DNA from: Methanothermococcus okinawensis
GTDB lineage: Archaea; AGJL01; Methanococci; Methanococcales; Methanococcaceae
Direction of reading: 5' to 3'
Length of the DNA stretch: 64,000 nt
Assembly: GCA_015662355.1 (NCBI GenBank)
Contig: DQUI01000025.1
Location: 90 to 64,089 of the forward strand
Shown here: positions 50,772 through 60,615 of the stretch, piece by piece
How positions within the stretch are numbered: the first letter of the stretch is position 1
How the letters are laid out: every line of letters begins with the position of its first letter
The notes under the pieces: generated by a model
Told to the model about the DNA's origin: nothing
The model's input: the letters and a program-made list of their open reading frames with translations, nothing else
Databases searched by the model: none
Position numbers and translations under genes: made by a program

Positions 50772-51764
50772 GTGTCCATGGTTGTCAATCTATCACTGTT
50801 GGAATTTATACTCTCTGTAGTTGCTATCCCCCTTATAGCCTTTGGAGTTTCCACCTTAATTCCTGGTATACAGAGGAAGATCCAGGCGAGGATCCAGAGG
50901 AGAATAGGCCCCTCTATCTTAACCCCTGGGTTGTGGGCACTCTTTAAATTCCTTGCAAAGGAGGTAAAGAGGCCCTTCAGTGAGATGCCCAGATTGTACA
51001 ATTTATTAACTGTTCTTGCCTTTCTCATAGTATGGATTATTTTAGCCTCTACTACAGTACCTCATATAAAGGTAGTTTCCAACATAGTATTTATCACAGG
51101 GCTCTTGAAGGTCAAAGAGATGATATATATTATTATGGGATCTCTCAGTAACTCTATCATGGGAGTTAGGATGCCTATCCCAGATATCTGTAGGGGAAGT
51201 AATTTTAAAGATATTCTTAGAATGTCCCTTGAACACCTTGGTGCACTTAGGGCCTATAAGTTAATTACAGTAGGATCCTTTCCCCTATATACTAGCTTAG
51301 TACTTCCCTTTATTCCCAAGGGGAGTATATTTCTAGAGAGTGTAGTTGGGGATAACTTTTTATTCACCCTCCCAGGTATCTTTGGAGCAGTGACATTCTT
51401 TATAGGTTATCTAGTATTAATTGGAGAGTATCCCTTTTCCATAATGCATACAAAGGCTGATGTTATAGAAGGACCTACCTTGGAGTACTCAGGGAGATAC
51501 AGGGCACTATATCTATCATTTAAGGAGTTACTTATGATAACTTTAGGTAGTTTATTTGCAACCCTCTACCTAGGTATATATCCTGACGTAAACAATCCAA
51601 TAACTATTGCTATAAACTTTGGAGTAGCATTTATACTCTCTATTTTAAGTAGTATTGTAGGGGCTTACTCCCCAGTATTAACCTTCAGGCAGATATATCC
51701 TATATCCCTATATGCTACAGCAGTGGGATTTGTAGGCATTCTACTTGCACTTTTAAAGGTCTAA
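50772..51764 (+). CDS. ehbO: Ehb membrane subunit O (NuoH-like)
   Basis: RKIQARIQRRIGP, PFS.....ADVIEGPTLEYSG. Confidence 0.88.
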   Translation: MSMVVNLSLLEFILSVVAIPLIAFGVSTLIPGIQRKIQARIQRRIGPSILTPGLWALFKFLAKEVKRPFSEMPRLYNLLTVLAFLIVWIILASTTVPHIKVVSNIVFITGLLKVKEMIYIIMGSLSNSIMGVRMPIPDICRGSNFKDILRMSLEHLGALRAYKLITVGSFPLYTSLVLPFIPKGSIFLESVVGDNFLFTLPGIFGAVTFFIGYLVLIGEYPFSIMHTKADVIEGPTLEYSGRYRALYLSFKELLMITLGSLFATLYLGIYPDVNNPITIAINFGVAFILSILSSIVGAYSPVLTFRQIYPISLYATAVGFVGILLALLKV

Positions 51765-51790
51765 TTACTATAATCTTTATAGGTGAAACT

Positions 51791-53194
51791 GTGAGGGAGA
51801 GTTATACCCCTGAAGAACTTGCCCAGTGGGATAAGAAGTATGTGTGGCATCCATATACCCAGATGAAGGAATACGATCCTCCCTTTAAAAATCCTATAAT
51901 AGAGAGAGGTGAAGGTAACTATCTTATAGACATCTATGGGAAGAGATACTTAGACGCTGTATCCTCCATATGGTGTAACCTCTTTGGTCACAGTGAGGAG
52001 AGGATAATCGAGAGGATAAAGAGGCAGGCAGATAAAATATGTCACTCTACCCTTTTAGGCTGTGGTAACGTACCCTCTATTCTCCTGGCAAAGAAACTTG
52101 TGGAGATCACCCCTCCCCATCTAACTAAGGTGTTCTACTCAGAGGATGGCTCAGAGGCTGTTGAGATAGCTGTTAAGATGGCCTTCCAGTACTATCGATT
52201 AAAGGATCCTGAAGAGAGTAAAAAGAGAACTAAGTTCCTCTCTGTAAAGGAGGGTTATCACGGGGATACCGTTGGAGCTATGAGTGTAGGAGGGAGTGAG
52301 ATCTTCCACGGCATATTTAAACCTCTCCTCTTCAAGGGCTACCATGGAAATCCCCCCTACTGTTACAGGTGTAGATACGGCCATAACTTCAGGGATACAG
52401 ATGAGAGGATAGAGAAAGGTTGTAGTATGGAATGTCTAGAGAATATGTTGAAGCTCTTAGAGGAGACTAAGGACGAGCTGTTCTGTATAATACTGGAGGG
52501 AGGGGTGATGGGTTCTGCAGGGATGATACCCTTTCCAGATAGATATATAGAGGAGTTAGCCAGGAGATCCAGAGAGGAGGGGATAGTGTTCATACTAGAC
52601 GAGGTTGCAACCTTTGGAAGACTTGGTAGATACCTCTACTCAGAGAGGGAGGAGTTAAAAGGTATATCTAAACCAGATATAGTTACCATTGGAAAGGGTA
52701 TAACTGGAGGATATCTCCCCCTGGCAGTTACTATGACAACTGATGAGATATACAATCAGTTCTTAGGGGACTTTGAAGAGTTCAGGCACTTCTTCCACGG
52801 ACATACCTACACTGGAAATCAGTTACTATGTACCTCTGCACTGGCCACCTTGGAGATTTTAGAAGAGGAGAACTTCTTTAAGAAGGTGAGGAAGAAGATA
52901 GAGTTACTTCATAGGGAACTAGATAAGTTGAAGGAGTTGAAACACGTAGGGGACGTTAGAAAGAGGGGTTTCATGATAGGTATAGAGTTGGTGAAGGATA
53001 AGAGAACTAAGGAGCCCTACCCCTACAGGGAGAAGGTAGCCTATAAGGTTGCAGAAAATCTCCTTAAGAGAGGTATATACATGAGACCTATATTCAACAC
53101 CTTGATAGTGGTCCCACCTCTCACTATAACAGAGGAGGAGATTGAGTTCCTATGTAGAAACCTCTACGAGGGAGTTAAGGAAACCCTTGGATGA
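51791..53194 (+). CDS. bioA: Adenosylmethionine-8-amino-7-oxononanoate aminotransferase
   Basis: WHPYTQM, SSIWCNLFGH, GYHGDTVGAMS, DEVATFGR, GKGITGG, HGHTYTGN. Confidence 0.94.
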   Translation: MRESYTPEELAQWDKKYVWHPYTQMKEYDPPFKNPIIERGEGNYLIDIYGKRYLDAVSSIWCNLFGHSEERIIERIKRQADKICHSTLLGCGNVPSILLAKKLVEITPPHLTKVFYSEDGSEAVEIAVKMAFQYYRLKDPEESKKRTKFLSVKEGYHGDTVGAMSVGGSEIFHGIFKPLLFKGYHGNPPYCYRCRYGHNFRDTDERIEKGCSMECLENMLKLLEETKDELFCIILEGGVMGSAGMIPFPDRYIEELARRSREEGIVFILDEVATFGRLGRYLYSEREELKGISKPDIVTIGKGITGGYLPLAVTMTTDEIYNQFLGDFEEFRHFFHGHTYTGNQLLCTSALATLEILEEENFFKKVRKKIELLHRELDKLKELKHVGDVRKRGFMIGIELVKDKRTKEPYPYREKVAYKVAENLLKRGIYMRPIFNTLIVVPPLTITEEEIEFLCRNLYEGVKETLG

Positions 53195-53198
53195 AAGT

Positions 53199-53798
53199 AT
53201 GGATGCCCTACTTATGGCTGGTGGGAGGGGCACCAGGCTAAAGGTTAAAATGGAGAAACCTCTCCTCCCAATTTTAAAAAAACCTATGATAGATTATACA
53301 ATCCACTCCCTTTTAAACTCCAAGATAGAGAATATCTATATTGCAGTGTCCCACTACACTAAAAAAACTAAGAGATATCTTTTAGAGCACTACAGGGATA
53401 GAAGAGTAAAGATCATAGATACACCAGGAAGAGGTTATATTAACGATATAAACTACTCTATGAGATACTTCTCAGAGCCTTTCATAGTGGTGCCCTGTGA
53501 TATACCTACTTTAACCTCCAAGGTGATAGATAATATCCTCCAGGGATACAACACCTTGAGATCCCAGTATAGGGATTTAGAGGCCCTGTGTGTAGTAGTA
53601 AGGAGGGATAGTTATCCTGGCAGCTCTACAGTAGTTATGGGGGATTACATCCCCCTAGGAATTAACATACTCTCCCCAGTGAATAGGGCCCAGGTGGAGA
53701 AACTGTATGTCCTAAATGAACCCCTCTTAAATGTAAATAGATTAGAGGACAGGGAGATAGCAGAGGCTATTATTAGAGATCGTAGGTGGGAGATCTAA
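53199..53798 (+). CDS. cobY: Adenosylcobinamide-phosphate guanylyltransferase (NTP transferase)
   Basis: MDALLMAGGRGTRL, EKP, GYINDI, CDIP, NVN; ATG at 53199. Confidence 0.8.
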   Translation: MDALLMAGGRGTRLKVKMEKPLLPILKKPMIDYTIHSLLNSKIENIYIAVSHYTKKTKRYLLEHYRDRRVKIIDTPGRGYINDINYSMRYFSEPFIVVPCDIPTLTSKVIDNILQGYNTLRSQYRDLEALCVVVRRDSYPGSSTVVMGDYIPLGINILSPVNRAQVEKLYVLNEPLLNVNRLEDREIAEAIIRDRRWEI

Positions 53799-54304
53799 TG
53801 GTAGTGAAACCTTACAGGATTATAAACAAGTTAGCCAGGAGATATCCCCTGAGAAACGAGGAGAAGATGCTCCTAGGGACTGACGGCAGTATTACCAACC
53901 TACTGGAGATACTCTTCAACGATGAGGTAGTTGTGGAAACTATCTCCCAGAGGATAGTGGAGTGTGTAAACTACAGAAGTGTAATACTGAAGATCAGAGA
54001 TATTCCCCTAGTATACGCCACCTCAAAGATCCCTTTAAAGAACATCCAGGACAAGACCTTAAGGGACAGTATTAGGAGGGATCTCCTATCTGCAGATATA
54101 CCTATAGGTAAGATCCTGAAGATGCACAACTTGGAAACTCGACGGGAGATAGTAGATATAACCTGTAGAGAGGTGGAGGAGTCAGTGAGAAGATATCTCA
54201 ATACAGAGAGGAGGATCCTCCCCCAGAGAACCTACAATATTATATATAGAGGTAAAACACTTATGGAGATTAGAGAGATATTTAACGTTGGAGAGCACCT
54301 ATAA
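53786..54304 (+). CDS. Chorismate-lyase/UTRA-like protein (DUF98)
   Basis: TDGSITNLLE, IPIGKIL, LETRREI, EIF. Confidence 0.7.
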   Translation: MGDLMVVKPYRIINKLARRYPLRNEEKMLLGTDGSITNLLEILFNDEVVVETISQRIVECVNYRSVILKIRDIPLVYATSKIPLKNIQDKTLRDSIRRDLLSADIPIGKILKMHNLETRREIVDITCREVEESVRRYLNTERRILPQRTYNIIYRGKTLMEIREIFNVGEHL

Positions 54305-54313
54305 TGGGATATT

Positions 54314-55345
54314 ATGGATAGTAAAAAAAGGGAAGAACTCTACGAGGCCATGTACTACGAGCCTTTGGAGAACAAGCTAGTTAGATGTACCCTGTGTCCC
54401 AGGTACTGTGTAATCCCCCCTGGTAAAAGGGGTTTCTGTAGATGTAGGGAGAACATCGATGGGAAACTCTACGCCATAAACTACGGTAAGGTATGTTCAG
54501 CTGCTGTAGATCCCATTGAAAAAAAGCCCCTCTATCACTTCTACCCAGGATCCCTTACCTTCTCCATAGCTACTGCAGGGTGTAACTTCAGATGTAAACA
54601 CTGTCAAAACTGGGAGGTTAGTCAGGCAGCCCCTGACCAGGTACTTTATACTACCCTCTACCCAGAAGACATAGTAAAAATGGCACTGGAGTACAGCTGT
54701 GACGGTATATCCTATACCTATACTGAACCTACAGTTTTCTACGAACTTATGTACGATACTGCAAATGTCGCCAGGGAGAGGGGGTTATACAACGTTATGG
54801 TAACAAATGGATATATAAACGAGGAGCCTTTGAAGAACTTGAAGATAGATGGGATGAACATAGATATAAAGGGGAATGAGCAGTTCTACAGGGAGGTGTG
54901 CAGTGGATCCCTGGAGCCTGTCCTGAGGACTGCTATACTCTCTAAAAAGATAGGTATGCATGTGGAAATCACTAACCTTATAGTACCTACATACAACGAC
55001 AATACAGAGGATATCTTAAACATTATACACTTTGTAAGGGACTACCTTGGTAGGGATACTCCCCTCCACTTCACAAGGTTTTTCCCAAGGTATAAGTTGT
55101 TACATATCCCCCCAACACCTATAGAGACGTTAGAAAGGGCAAGAGATCTAGCCTTAGAGGAGGGTTTAAAGTACGTCTATATAGGGAATGTCCCAGGGCA
55201 TCAGGGGGAGAATACATACTGTCCCAACTGTGGTACCTTACTTATAGACAGATCTAAGTTTACCGTGATAGTTGTCAACATCGATACAAGTTCTGGAGTT
55301 CCCAGGTGTCCCAACTGTGGGGAGATAATAGATATAATAATGTGA
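54314..55345 (+). CDS. AmmeMemoRadiSam-system radical SAM enzyme (PflA-like)
   Basis: CTLCPRYC, DPIEKKPLYHF, GCNFRCKHCQN CxxxCxxC, YTYTEP, YIGNV, CPNCG. Confidence 0.88.
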   Translation: MDSKKREELYEAMYYEPLENKLVRCTLCPRYCVIPPGKRGFCRCRENIDGKLYAINYGKVCSAAVDPIEKKPLYHFYPGSLTFSIATAGCNFRCKHCQNWEVSQAAPDQVLYTTLYPEDIVKMALEYSCDGISYTYTEPTVFYELMYDTANVARERGLYNVMVTNGYINEEPLKNLKIDGMNIDIKGNEQFYREVCSGSLEPVLRTAILSKKIGMHVEITNLIVPTYNDNTEDILNIIHFVRDYLGRDTPLHFTRFFPRYKLLHIPPTPIETLERARDLALEEGLKYVYIGNVPGHQGENTYCPNCGTLLIDRSKFTVIVVNIDTSSGVPRCPNCGEIIDIIM

Positions 55346-55360
55346 TTTTTTACTTTTTTA
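55346..55360 (+). terminator. T-tract terminator candidate after the radical SAM gene
   Basis: Two T runs (TTTTTTACTTTTTTA) directly after the TGA. Confidence 0.45.
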
Positions 55361-55391
55361 AATAAATAAAAAAATATTTATACTATCAAAA

Positions 55392-55424
55392 AAACTGTAA
55401 TGATTAATAATGACAAATTTGTTA
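55392..55424. promoter_or_regulatory. Operator candidate upstream of cdhA
   Basis: AAACTGTAATG-attaat-AATGACAAATT; right arm identical to the ehb site; overlaps the perfect palindrome ACAAATTTGT (55413-55422). Confidence 0.45.
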
Positions 55425-55431
55425 CAACCTG

Positions 55432-57759
55432 GTGAATTCTATGAGAGTTGGAAGAGGAGTAAAGAGATTAATCACCCCTACTGTCCAATCTAAAAACCTG
55501 AAGATCAAAGGGAACATATCTATAATGGGCTTTAAAGAGGAGGAGGACTTTAAACCTAAAGGTCCTAATCCTATGCCCAAGGTAACAGATCTAAGGTACT
55601 GGGACTTTAAACTCCTCAACAGATATCATCCCTTCTATATGCCTGTATGTGATATGTGTTGTCTCTGTACCTTTGGAAAGTGTGACCTAGGTAAGGGGAA
55701 GAAGGGGGCCTGTGGTATAGATATGAAACTACAGCAGGCTAGACTGGTACTACTGGCATGTTGTATTGGAACTGCCTGTCACGCTGCACACTCTAGGCAT
55801 CTTATAGAAGCTGTAATAGAGAAGTTAGGGAGGGATCACCCTATCCACCTAGGGAACAGTATAGAGATAGAGGCCCCTATAGTAAGAACTGTAATGGGGA
55901 TAAAGGTTAAAACCCTTGGGGATTTAGAGAAGGTTCTAGAGTACTGTGAGGAGCAACTTACCCATTTACTCTCTGCCACCCACACTGGACAGGAGGGCAG
56001 TGTCTTAGACTTTGAAAGTAAGGCACTCCATGCAGGTATGTTAGACGACCTAGTTAGGGAGGTAGGAGATATAGCCCAGATCGTTGGATACGACATGCCT
56101 AAAGGGGAGGTAGATACCCCTGTTGTAGAGTTAGGGATAAACTGTATAGATAGGAATAAACCTGTAATCCTCTGTATAGGGCACAACGTAGTACCTAGTA
56201 CTTATATAATAGATTACATGGAGGAGAAAGGGTTAGAGGAGGAGATAGAGGTCTGTGGTATATGTTGTACTGCCCTAGATGCCACTAGATACAGTAAGGA
56301 TGCAAAGATAGTAGGACCTCTGTCTAGACAGTTGATGTTTATAAGGAGTGGAGTTGCAGACGTGATAGTAGTAGACGAACAGTGTATAAGGGTGGATATC
56401 TTAGAGGAGGCGAAGAAAACAGGGTCTGTAGTAATTGCCACCAACGATAAAATGTGTCTAGGTTTAGAGGACCTCTCCCACCTAAGTGAGGATGAGATCA
56501 TCAATAGGATACTTAGGGAGGGGGCTGGGCTCATATTAGATGAGGATAAGGTAGGTAAGGTGGCAGTTGAACTTGCAAGGATAGTATTTAAAAGTAGGAG
56601 GGCTATGAAGGAGAGATGTCTCCCAGGTCTAGAGGAGATAAGGGCCCTTGCAAATAGATGTACAGAGTGTGGCTGGTGTAACAGGGTATGTCCTAACTCC
56701 TTCCCTGTGATGGAGAGTATAGTAGAGGCCAAGGAGGGTAAATTTGAAAAACTTGCAGATCTCTATAGGAGGTGCTACAGTTGTGGAAGGTGTGAGAGTG
56801 AGTGTGAGAGAAAGCTGCCCCTTGTATCTATGATAACAAAGGTTGGAGAGCTATATCACACCTTAGAGTTTAATGTAAGAGCAGGTAGGGGACCTATACA
56901 GGACCTGGAGATAAGAAAGGTAGGGGCTCCAATCGTCCTCGGTGATATCCCTGGAGTAGTTGCATTTGCAGGGTGTACAAACTATCCCAATGGGGAGGAG
57001 GAGTTGGCACTAATGGCAAAGGAGTTACTTGAGAGAAAGTATATAGTAGTTGCTGCAGGATGTGCCTCCATGTCCATAGGGATGTGGAAGGATGAGGACG
57101 GTAAGACACTCTATGACAAGTACCCTGGGGAGTTCAAAGCTGGAGGACTGATAAACCTAGGTCCATGTCTCTCAAACTGTCATGTAAGTGGAGCTGCCAT
57201 AAAGATTGCAAATATCTTCGCCAAGTTGCCCCTGGAGGGTAACTTTGCCCAGGTTGCAGATTACATATTAAACAGGGTTGGAGCTGTAGGTGTTGCCTGG
57301 GGTGCTATGAGTCAGAAGGCTGTAGCTATTGCAACAGGATTTAACAGATGGGGTATACCTTTGATAGTTGGGCCCCACGCTATAAAGTACAGACGTCTCT
57401 ATCTAAGTGATGGAGAGGACTTCCAGGTATACGACAGGAAAGGAAAGAAGGTTATGGAGATAGATCCTACCCCTGAGCACCTGATAACTGCTGCAGAGAA
57501 TTTCAAGGAGTGTCTCTGTACTATAGCAAAACTCTGTATGAGACCTAACGATATAAGTAAAGGTAGAAGTATGAAGGTATACCATTACGTCACCCTCTAC
57601 GAGAAGTACTTCAACTGTATGCCTCCAGATCTAGAGAAGTTCATTAGAACAGAGAAGGACATACCCTTTATGTTGAAGGATAAGATAGTAGAGTATTTGA
57701 AGGAGAAGGGCTGGAAGCCAAGGAAAGAGATACCTCAAGAACCTACTCTCCTCTATTAA
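55432..57759 (+). CDS. cdhA: CO dehydrogenase/acetyl-CoA synthase alpha subunit
   Basis: [22 protein letters not shown], two extra ferredoxin motifs, [13 protein letters not shown]. Confidence 0.95.
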   Translation: MNSMRVGRGVKRLITPTVQSKNLKIKGNISIMGFKEEEDFKPKGPNPMPKVTDLRYWDFKLLNRYHPFYMPVCDMCCLCTFGKCDLGKGKKGACGIDMKLQQARLVLLACCIGTACHAAHSRHLIEAVIEKLGRDHPIHLGNSIEIEAPIVRTVMGIKVKTLGDLEKVLEYCEEQLTHLLSATHTGQEGSVLDFESKALHAGMLDDLVREVGDIAQIVGYDMPKGEVDTPVVELGINCIDRNKPVILCIGHNVVPSTYIIDYMEEKGLEEEIEVCGICCTALDATRYSKDAKIVGPLSRQLMFIRSGVADVIVVDEQCIRVDILEEAKKTGSVVIATNDKMCLGLEDLSHLSEDEIINRILREGAGLILDEDKVGKVAVELARIVFKSRRAMKERCLPGLEEIRALANRCTECGWCNRVCPNSFPVMESIVEAKEGKFEKLADLYRRCYSCGRCESECERKLPLVSMITKVGELYHTLEFNVRAGRGPIQDLEIRKVGAPIVLGDIPGVVAFAGCTNYPNGEEELALMAKELLERKYIVVAAGCASMSIGMWKDEDGKTLYDKYPGEFKAGGLINLGPCLSNCHVSGAAIKIANIFAKLPLEGNFAQVADYILNRVGAVGVAWGAMSQKAVAIATGFNRWGIPLIVGPHAIKYRRLYLSDGEDFQVYDRKGKKVMEIDPTPEHLITAAENFKECLCTIAKLCMRPNDISKGRSMKVYHYVTLYEKYFNCMPPDLEKFIRTEKDIPFMLKDKIVEYLKEKGWKPRKEIPQEPTLLY

Positions 57760-57770
57760 CAGGTGGAATT

Positions 57771-58208
57771 ATGCTAGGAAGGAACATACCCTATCAACCT
57801 ACAGCAGGTACTAACCTATACCATGCAGAGGTTGTAAGTACAAAAATAGCAGTTAACATGGTTAAGAGGAGTAGGAGACCCCTGTTAGTAATAGGGGAGT
57901 ACTCTGGGGAGGCTGTTAAATATCTAGAGGATCTGAAGATAGAGAAGGTATACACCCCTAGGGAGATGAACCTCCTAGCCCTTATAAAGAGGGTACCTAG
58001 GGAGGGGTACGACTTAGTGATGTTCATAGGTATAACCTACTACTATCTAAACCAGGGGCTCACATACCTTAAACACTTCTCAGATGTTATAACCTTAACC
58101 CTGGACGGGAAGTACGTACCTAATGCCCATTACTCCTTTCCAAATATGGAGGAGAATGAACATCTAGAGGCTATAAAACGTTTTAGGATGCTGCTGGATA
58201 ACCTCTAA
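57771..58208 (+). CDS. cdhB: CODH/ACS epsilon subunit
   Basis: IPYQPTAG, KRSRRPLLVIG, YDLVMFIGITYY, PNAHYSFPN. Confidence 0.88.
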   Translation: MLGRNIPYQPTAGTNLYHAEVVSTKIAVNMVKRSRRPLLVIGEYSGEAVKYLEDLKIEKVYTPREMNLLALIKRVPREGYDLVMFIGITYYYLNQGLTYLKHFSDVITLTLDGKYVPNAHYSFPNMEENEHLEAIKRFRMLLDNL

Positions 58209-58217
58209 GGTGATTTG

Positions 58218-58676
58218 ATGAATCCTAAGATAGTGGTAATAGACCCTACAAAGTGTTCAAAGTGTAACGACTGTGTAGTTAAGTGTGAGGAGGTCCATGG
58301 TGTGGCGAGGATAAAGAAGGCAGAGGGTGTGCCTATCTTCTGTATGCAGTGTGAAAACGCCCCCTGTATGAAGATCTGCCCTGTAGATGCTATATATCTA
58401 AAGGACAACATACCAGTTGTAGACAGGGAGAAATGTATAGGTTGTAGTATGTGTGAGATAGCCTGTCCCATTGGAGCTATATTTACAAAGGATAAGGTGG
58501 CCCATAAGTGTACCCTCTGTCTAGATGTGGAGAGGATAACCCCTGCCTGTGTAGAGGCCTGTGGAGACAACGCATTAAAGCTAATATGTGACGAGTACCT
58601 TGAAGCTATTAAGGAACCTAAGAGGAAGAAACTGATAAAAGTACTCTCAGAGGGTATAAAGGAGATACTCTATTAG
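58218..58676 (+). CDS. CooF/HydN-like 4x[4Fe-4S] protein
   Basis: CSKCNDC, CMQCENAPCMKICP, CIGCSMCEIACP, KCTLC...PACVEAC. Confidence 0.85.
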   Translation: MNPKIVVIDPTKCSKCNDCVVKCEEVHGVARIKKAEGVPIFCMQCENAPCMKICPVDAIYLKDNIPVVDREKCIGCSMCEIACPIGAIFTKDKVAHKCTLCLDVERITPACVEACGDNALKLICDEYLEAIKEPKRKKLIKVLSEGIKEILY

Positions 58677-58688
58677 TAAAGGGATACT

Positions 58689-59279
58689 ATGAGGATCCTA
58701 GGTGTAAGTGGTAGTCCAAGACTACAGGCTACCCACTATGTAGTTAACTACGCCTTAGATTATCTAAAGGAGAGAGACTGTGAGGTTAAATACTTCTCAG
58801 TGTTTAGAAAGGATATAAAATTCTGTATCCACTGTGACTACTGTGTAAGAAAGAGGGAGGGTTGTATCCACAGGGATGACTTAGGGGAGTTTTACGAGGA
58901 CCTCCTATGGGCAGATGGTGTGATAATAGGTACCCCTGTATATCAGGGGAATATAACTGGACAGTTGAAGACGTTGATGGACAGGTGTAGGGCTGTAGTT
59001 GCAAGAGACCCCAAGGTATTGAAGAACAAAGTAGGTACAGCTATTGCCGTAGGGGGAGATAGGAACGGGGGACAGGAGATTGCACTGAGAACTATCCACG
59101 ACTTCTATACGATAAACGAGATGATACCTGTAGGGGGAGGATCCTTTGGAGCTAACTTAGGTTCCACCTTCTGGTCAAAGGACAGAGGGAGGGAAGGGGT
59201 TGAAGAGGATGAGGAGGGATGGAGATCCTTAAGGAAAACCTTAAAGAGATTCCTAGATACGTTAGAAAGTATAAGGTAG
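58689..59279 (+). CDS. Iron-sulfur flavoprotein (Isf, flavodoxin-like)
   Basis: GSPR, compact CIHCDYC-x6-C cluster motif, GTPVYQG, GDRNGGQE. Confidence 0.85.
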   Translation: MRILGVSGSPRLQATHYVVNYALDYLKERDCEVKYFSVFRKDIKFCIHCDYCVRKREGCIHRDDLGEFYEDLLWADGVIIGTPVYQGNITGQLKTLMDRCRAVVARDPKVLKNKVGTAIAVGGDRNGGQEIALRTIHDFYTINEMIPVGGGSFGANLGSTFWSKDRGREGVEEDEEGWRSLRKTLKRFLDTLESIR

Positions 59280-59281
59280 TT

Positions 59282-59551
59282 TTACTCCTCTTTACTTATA
59301 ATCTTGATACTGTTTATTTTACTCTCGTCTACAACTACAACATCCTTTACCCCTAAGACTATCTTGTAAGGTATTAACTTGTAGTACTCATCTGAGGCAG
59401 GTATAGGACTGTTTTCCGAAGGTTCTATATCTAGAGATATTATCTTTCCTGTACTTTCATCGAAGACTACATCTTTTACCTTTCCTAGAATACCTCCCAT
59501 ATTGCCTACGATAGATTTTCCACAGAGCTCTTTAAAAGGTATTTTAACCAT
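59282..59551 (-). CDS. PRC-barrel domain protein
   Basis: ELCGKSIV, GILGKVKDVVFDESTGKI, IPYKIVLGVKDVVVV. Confidence 0.82.
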   Translation of the reverse strand: MVKIPFKELCGKSIVGNMGGILGKVKDVVFDESTGKIISLDIEPSENSPIPASDEYYKLIPYKIVLGVKDVVVVDESKINSIKIISKEE

Positions 59552-59629
59552 TATTCCACCTCATTTTTAAGGATATAAAAATATAATAGTAGTTATTTTT
59601 ATTTATATAAAAAAGTTAAAAGTGATAGG

Positions 59630-60190
59630 ATGATCCTCATAGTAGACAACGGAGGTCAGTACGTCCACAGGATATACAGAAGTTTAAGATATCTAGGGGT
59701 ACCTTCGAAGATAGTAGCTAACAGTATATCTCCAGAGGATATTGGAGAAGATGTAAAGGGGATCATAATAGGGGGAGGACCAGATATAGAGAGGGCTTCA
59801 AGGTGTATAGATATTATTCTCAATGCCAAGGTGCCCCTACTAGGTATATGTCTAGGACATCAGCTCATATGTAAGGCCTACGGTGGAGTTGTTGGAAGGG
59901 CAGAGATGGAGGAGTACGCCTACACCAAGATATACGTGAAGGAGGAGAACGACATATTCCGAAATATCCCAAGGGAGTTTACAGCCTGGGCCTCCCACAG
60001 GGATGAGGTCAAAGTACCCCCTAAGGATTTCAAAGTACTGGCCTACTCAGATATCTGTGATGTAGAGGCTATGAAACATGTGGAGAAACCTATCTACGGT
60101 GTCCAATTCCATCCAGAGGTCTCCCATACTGAGTACGGCCCAGAGATTTTGAAAAACTTCTGTAACGTCTGTGGCCTCTATAAGGGGTAA
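59630..60190 (+). CDS. guaAA: GMP synthase subunit A (glutamine amidotransferase)
   Basis: DNGGQY, LGICLGHQ, SHRDEV, VQFHPEV. Confidence 0.92.
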   Translation: MILIVDNGGQYVHRIYRSLRYLGVPSKIVANSISPEDIGEDVKGIIIGGGPDIERASRCIDIILNAKVPLLGICLGHQLICKAYGGVVGRAEMEEYAYTKIYVKEENDIFRNIPREFTAWASHRDEVKVPPKDFKVLAYSDICDVEAMKHVEKPIYGVQFHPEVSHTEYGPEILKNFCNVCGLYKG

Positions 60191-60204
60191 TATCAGGGGA
60201 GATC

Positions 60205-60615
60205 ATGACATCACTTAAAACACTCCCTCCAACTTTAAGGGAGAAGAAGAGGTATATATCTTTTAAAATCATCTATCCTGAAAAGCTATCCACTAACGAA
60301 GTGGTCCAGATAGTTAGAAGTGCAGTTATTAACTACTACGGTATATGGGGATGTTCAAAGAGTAACCCCTGGCTTATAAGTTACAACCACCCAAAGGGGC
60401 TTCTCAGGGTGCAGAGGGAGGAGGTGGACTTTGTAAAGTCTGCGTTGATAACATTTAGTGAGTACAGGGACAAGCCTATAAATATAGTTGTGTTAGGGGT
60501 TTCTGGATCTGTTAAAAAATCTAGGGAGAAGTTTTTAAAGGAGCCTCATGTGGAGTACTACAAGGTAATCAGGATGAGGAAAAAAGAGAAAAGGGATAAC
60601 TATGTTAGAGATTGA
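60205..60615 (+). CDS. rnp2: RNase P protein component 2 (Pop5)
   Basis: LPPTLREKKRYI, GVSGSVKK. Confidence 0.9.
   Translation: MTSLKTLPPTLREKKRYISFKIIYPEKLSTNEVVQIVRSAVINYYGIWGCSKSNPWLISYNHPKGLLRVQREEVDFVKSALITFSEYRDKPINIVVLGVSGSVKKSREKFLKEPHVEYYKVIRMRKKEKRDNYVRD

Noticed and set aside
28366-51764. ehbC/ehbD separated from ehbE-O, and large subunit ehbN absent from the operon
   Set aside because: Scattered ehb genes are the known arrangement in Methanococcales.
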